Source: Styela clava
Taxonomy: Eukaryota
DNA length: 64,000 nucleotides
Reading direction: 5' to 3'
Assembly (NCBI RefSeq): GCF_964204865.1
Contig: NC_135258.1
Span: 5,828,001-5,892,000, forward strand
The notes beneath the pieces were generated by a model that was not told the origin of the DNA, made no database searches, and saw only the letters and a program-made list of their open reading frames with translations. Below are positions 62,355 through 64,000 of this stretch, piece after piece. The position numbers and the translations under genes are program-made. Every line of letters starts with the position of its first letter. Position 1 is the stretch's first letter.

Positions 62355-62895
62355 TATTTGTCTATTTTGAAATAGTTTTAAATTCTGGAATCCTGATATG
62401 CAATAATTGTTAATTCCGTTAATTAACGTATATTTGAACCTATTCACTAGGCCGGAAAATCGCGGTATCATGTAAAATTAATCCCGTGTCACTTCGTAAT
62501 TTGTGTTTTAAATTGCCAAATTTGCTGCCATTAGCCGGTATATTCGTTTGAAAACGACCAGTCAATCCTGCCTTATTACTGAACTACCGGTAATTTCTAA
62601 TGAATAACCAACATTGAACAGCATATTGAACCAATTTCTAAGACACTGTTTCGATATCGGTAGCTGCTTGTACATTACCGAAAGGCGTAATTGATAATTT
62701 TAAAAATATTGACCTTCCGAAATTCGTTGGTTACTTGAAGGAAGGAATGCGTGATTGGAACATTTTTTAATACAAAATGTCTAATTGCCAACTTTTTAAA
62801 TCGTATATACTATAACGTACACATTATTACGTTACTTAGAACCTCATTTAACTAATTTCTAATGAATAATCAACTCCACCATTCTTTCTACACAG

Positions 62896-62950
62896 CATTG
62901 AATTGAGCAACCCCATTTTACAGCGAGGCCACAAACCCTCTGTACAAAAG
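62896..62950 (+). pseudogene. Frameshifted, truncated copy of FAAH exon 5
   Basis: Acceptor ctacacag|, then IELSNPI, one extra T, YSEATNPLYK; the GGSSGG motif does not follow. Confidence 0.6.
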
Positions 62951-63709
62951 TGTCTTTTTGTCCTGAAGTTGTCCATTTGCGTTGTGCTGGTAGTTCGGCA
63001 CACATCGTTAGCTATCAGTGGATGTCCTTATTCGGAGCGCAAAAGCTTAGTATGAAAATCGTCTTGTTGGGTTTCCCATTCACGTTAGTTACTCGCAATA
63101 GGGATTACTAGATTGGAACATTATTAGACGAGATTTTTAATTGCGGTTTTCTTTTGCAAAACTATAATTATATACACACATTGTGAGCCATCAGGGGCCA
63201 AAAATTTTGCCCACCTAGACTGGCGGGCCATGTAAGTGTGACGTAAAAAGTTAAATTTCATGAACAATATTTACAGTGTTATAAAAGCAAAAGTGAAACA
63301 CAATAAGACTAGTGTCAAAACTAAATTTGATCGCAAACTCAACAAATTCTTCGAGCAATTTTTTAGCTAAAACATCAAAATATGTTCTTAGTTTGGTTGT
63401 GGCAGCATCAGGCGGGCCGTGGTTTGGCCATGTCAGTAAAGTAACACAATATTGAACCAGTTTCTAAGACCCCGGTCTTTTAGATATTAGTGGCTGCCTG
63501 TACGAGAACAAAAGGCGTGAATGGTAGTTTTAAAAAATGGGCTTTCCGCGATCCGTTGGTTACTTTGGGGTAAGGAATGCGTGATTGGAACATTTTCAGA
63601 CAAAATGTATAATCGCGGACTTTTTTGAATATATAACGTACACATTATTAGCTATATAGTACCCGGAAGGGTGCCCCCGTAGTGTGTGTACCAGGGGTAT
63701 CCAGGCCGG

Positions 63710-64000
63710 ATAGCAACTGTCATAATGGCGACTTCATAATAGCGACGTAATCAAGCGAGCGACTGTCAAAACAGCCACTGTCATAATGGCGACCGCATTA
63801 AAACAGCGACTGTTATGATAGCGTTAGGCTTAGTCCAAATAAAATGTTTTTTTAAAGTCGTATTTGGTTTCAATCTTTCACTACGCAGTGTGCGTGCGTG
63901 CATACGTGTGTAGCGAGGTCCCTAACCCTAACACGAGTTAAGCCGCTAATATAATAGTCGCTGTTTTAATGCGGTCGCCATTATGACAGTCACTGTTTTG
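63710..64000. mobile_element. Palindromic MITE with tandem subrepeats, cut by the window end
   Basis: 63768-63832 is inverted relative to 63938-64000; central cctaaccctaac. Confidence 0.7.

Overview
AT-rich eukaryotic (animal) nuclear DNA with GT-AG introns and dense small transposons. The compact layout, intron-poor genes and acceptor sites just before start codons suggest an invertebrate chordate such as an ascidian (inference, not verified). Eight protein-coding genes are recognisable: ADPRS/ARH3 (-, 2 coding exons), RMI1 (-), GTSF1 (+), a TTLL15-like ligase with an N-terminal hydrophobic anchor (+), STRIP1/2 (+, 5 coding exons), CCDC74-like (-), COMMD2 (-) and the 5' part of a FAAH-like amidase (+, runs off the window). 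Intergenic and intronic DNA holds many hAT-type MITEs with 8-bp TSDs, a tRNA-derived SINE family, DINE-1/HINE-like elements, Tc1/mariner MITEs and palindromic MITEs carrying a telomere-like motif. Most notable: (1) clusters of TA-CCGG-TA / TA-CCG-TA / TA-CGG-TA, with two filled-versus-empty site pairs inside the window, which look like stacked excision footprints of a CCG-ended Tc1/mariner element concentrated at promoters; (2) a ~6-kb TIR-bounded element carrying a 197-bp satellite with higher-order structure and decayed exon-like cargo; (3) a frameshifted duplicate of FAAH exon 5, a duplicated STRIP acceptor and a decayed RMI1 duplicate. No CRISPR array, rRNA or intact tRNA gene was seen. 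All calls were made by eye, without database searches.
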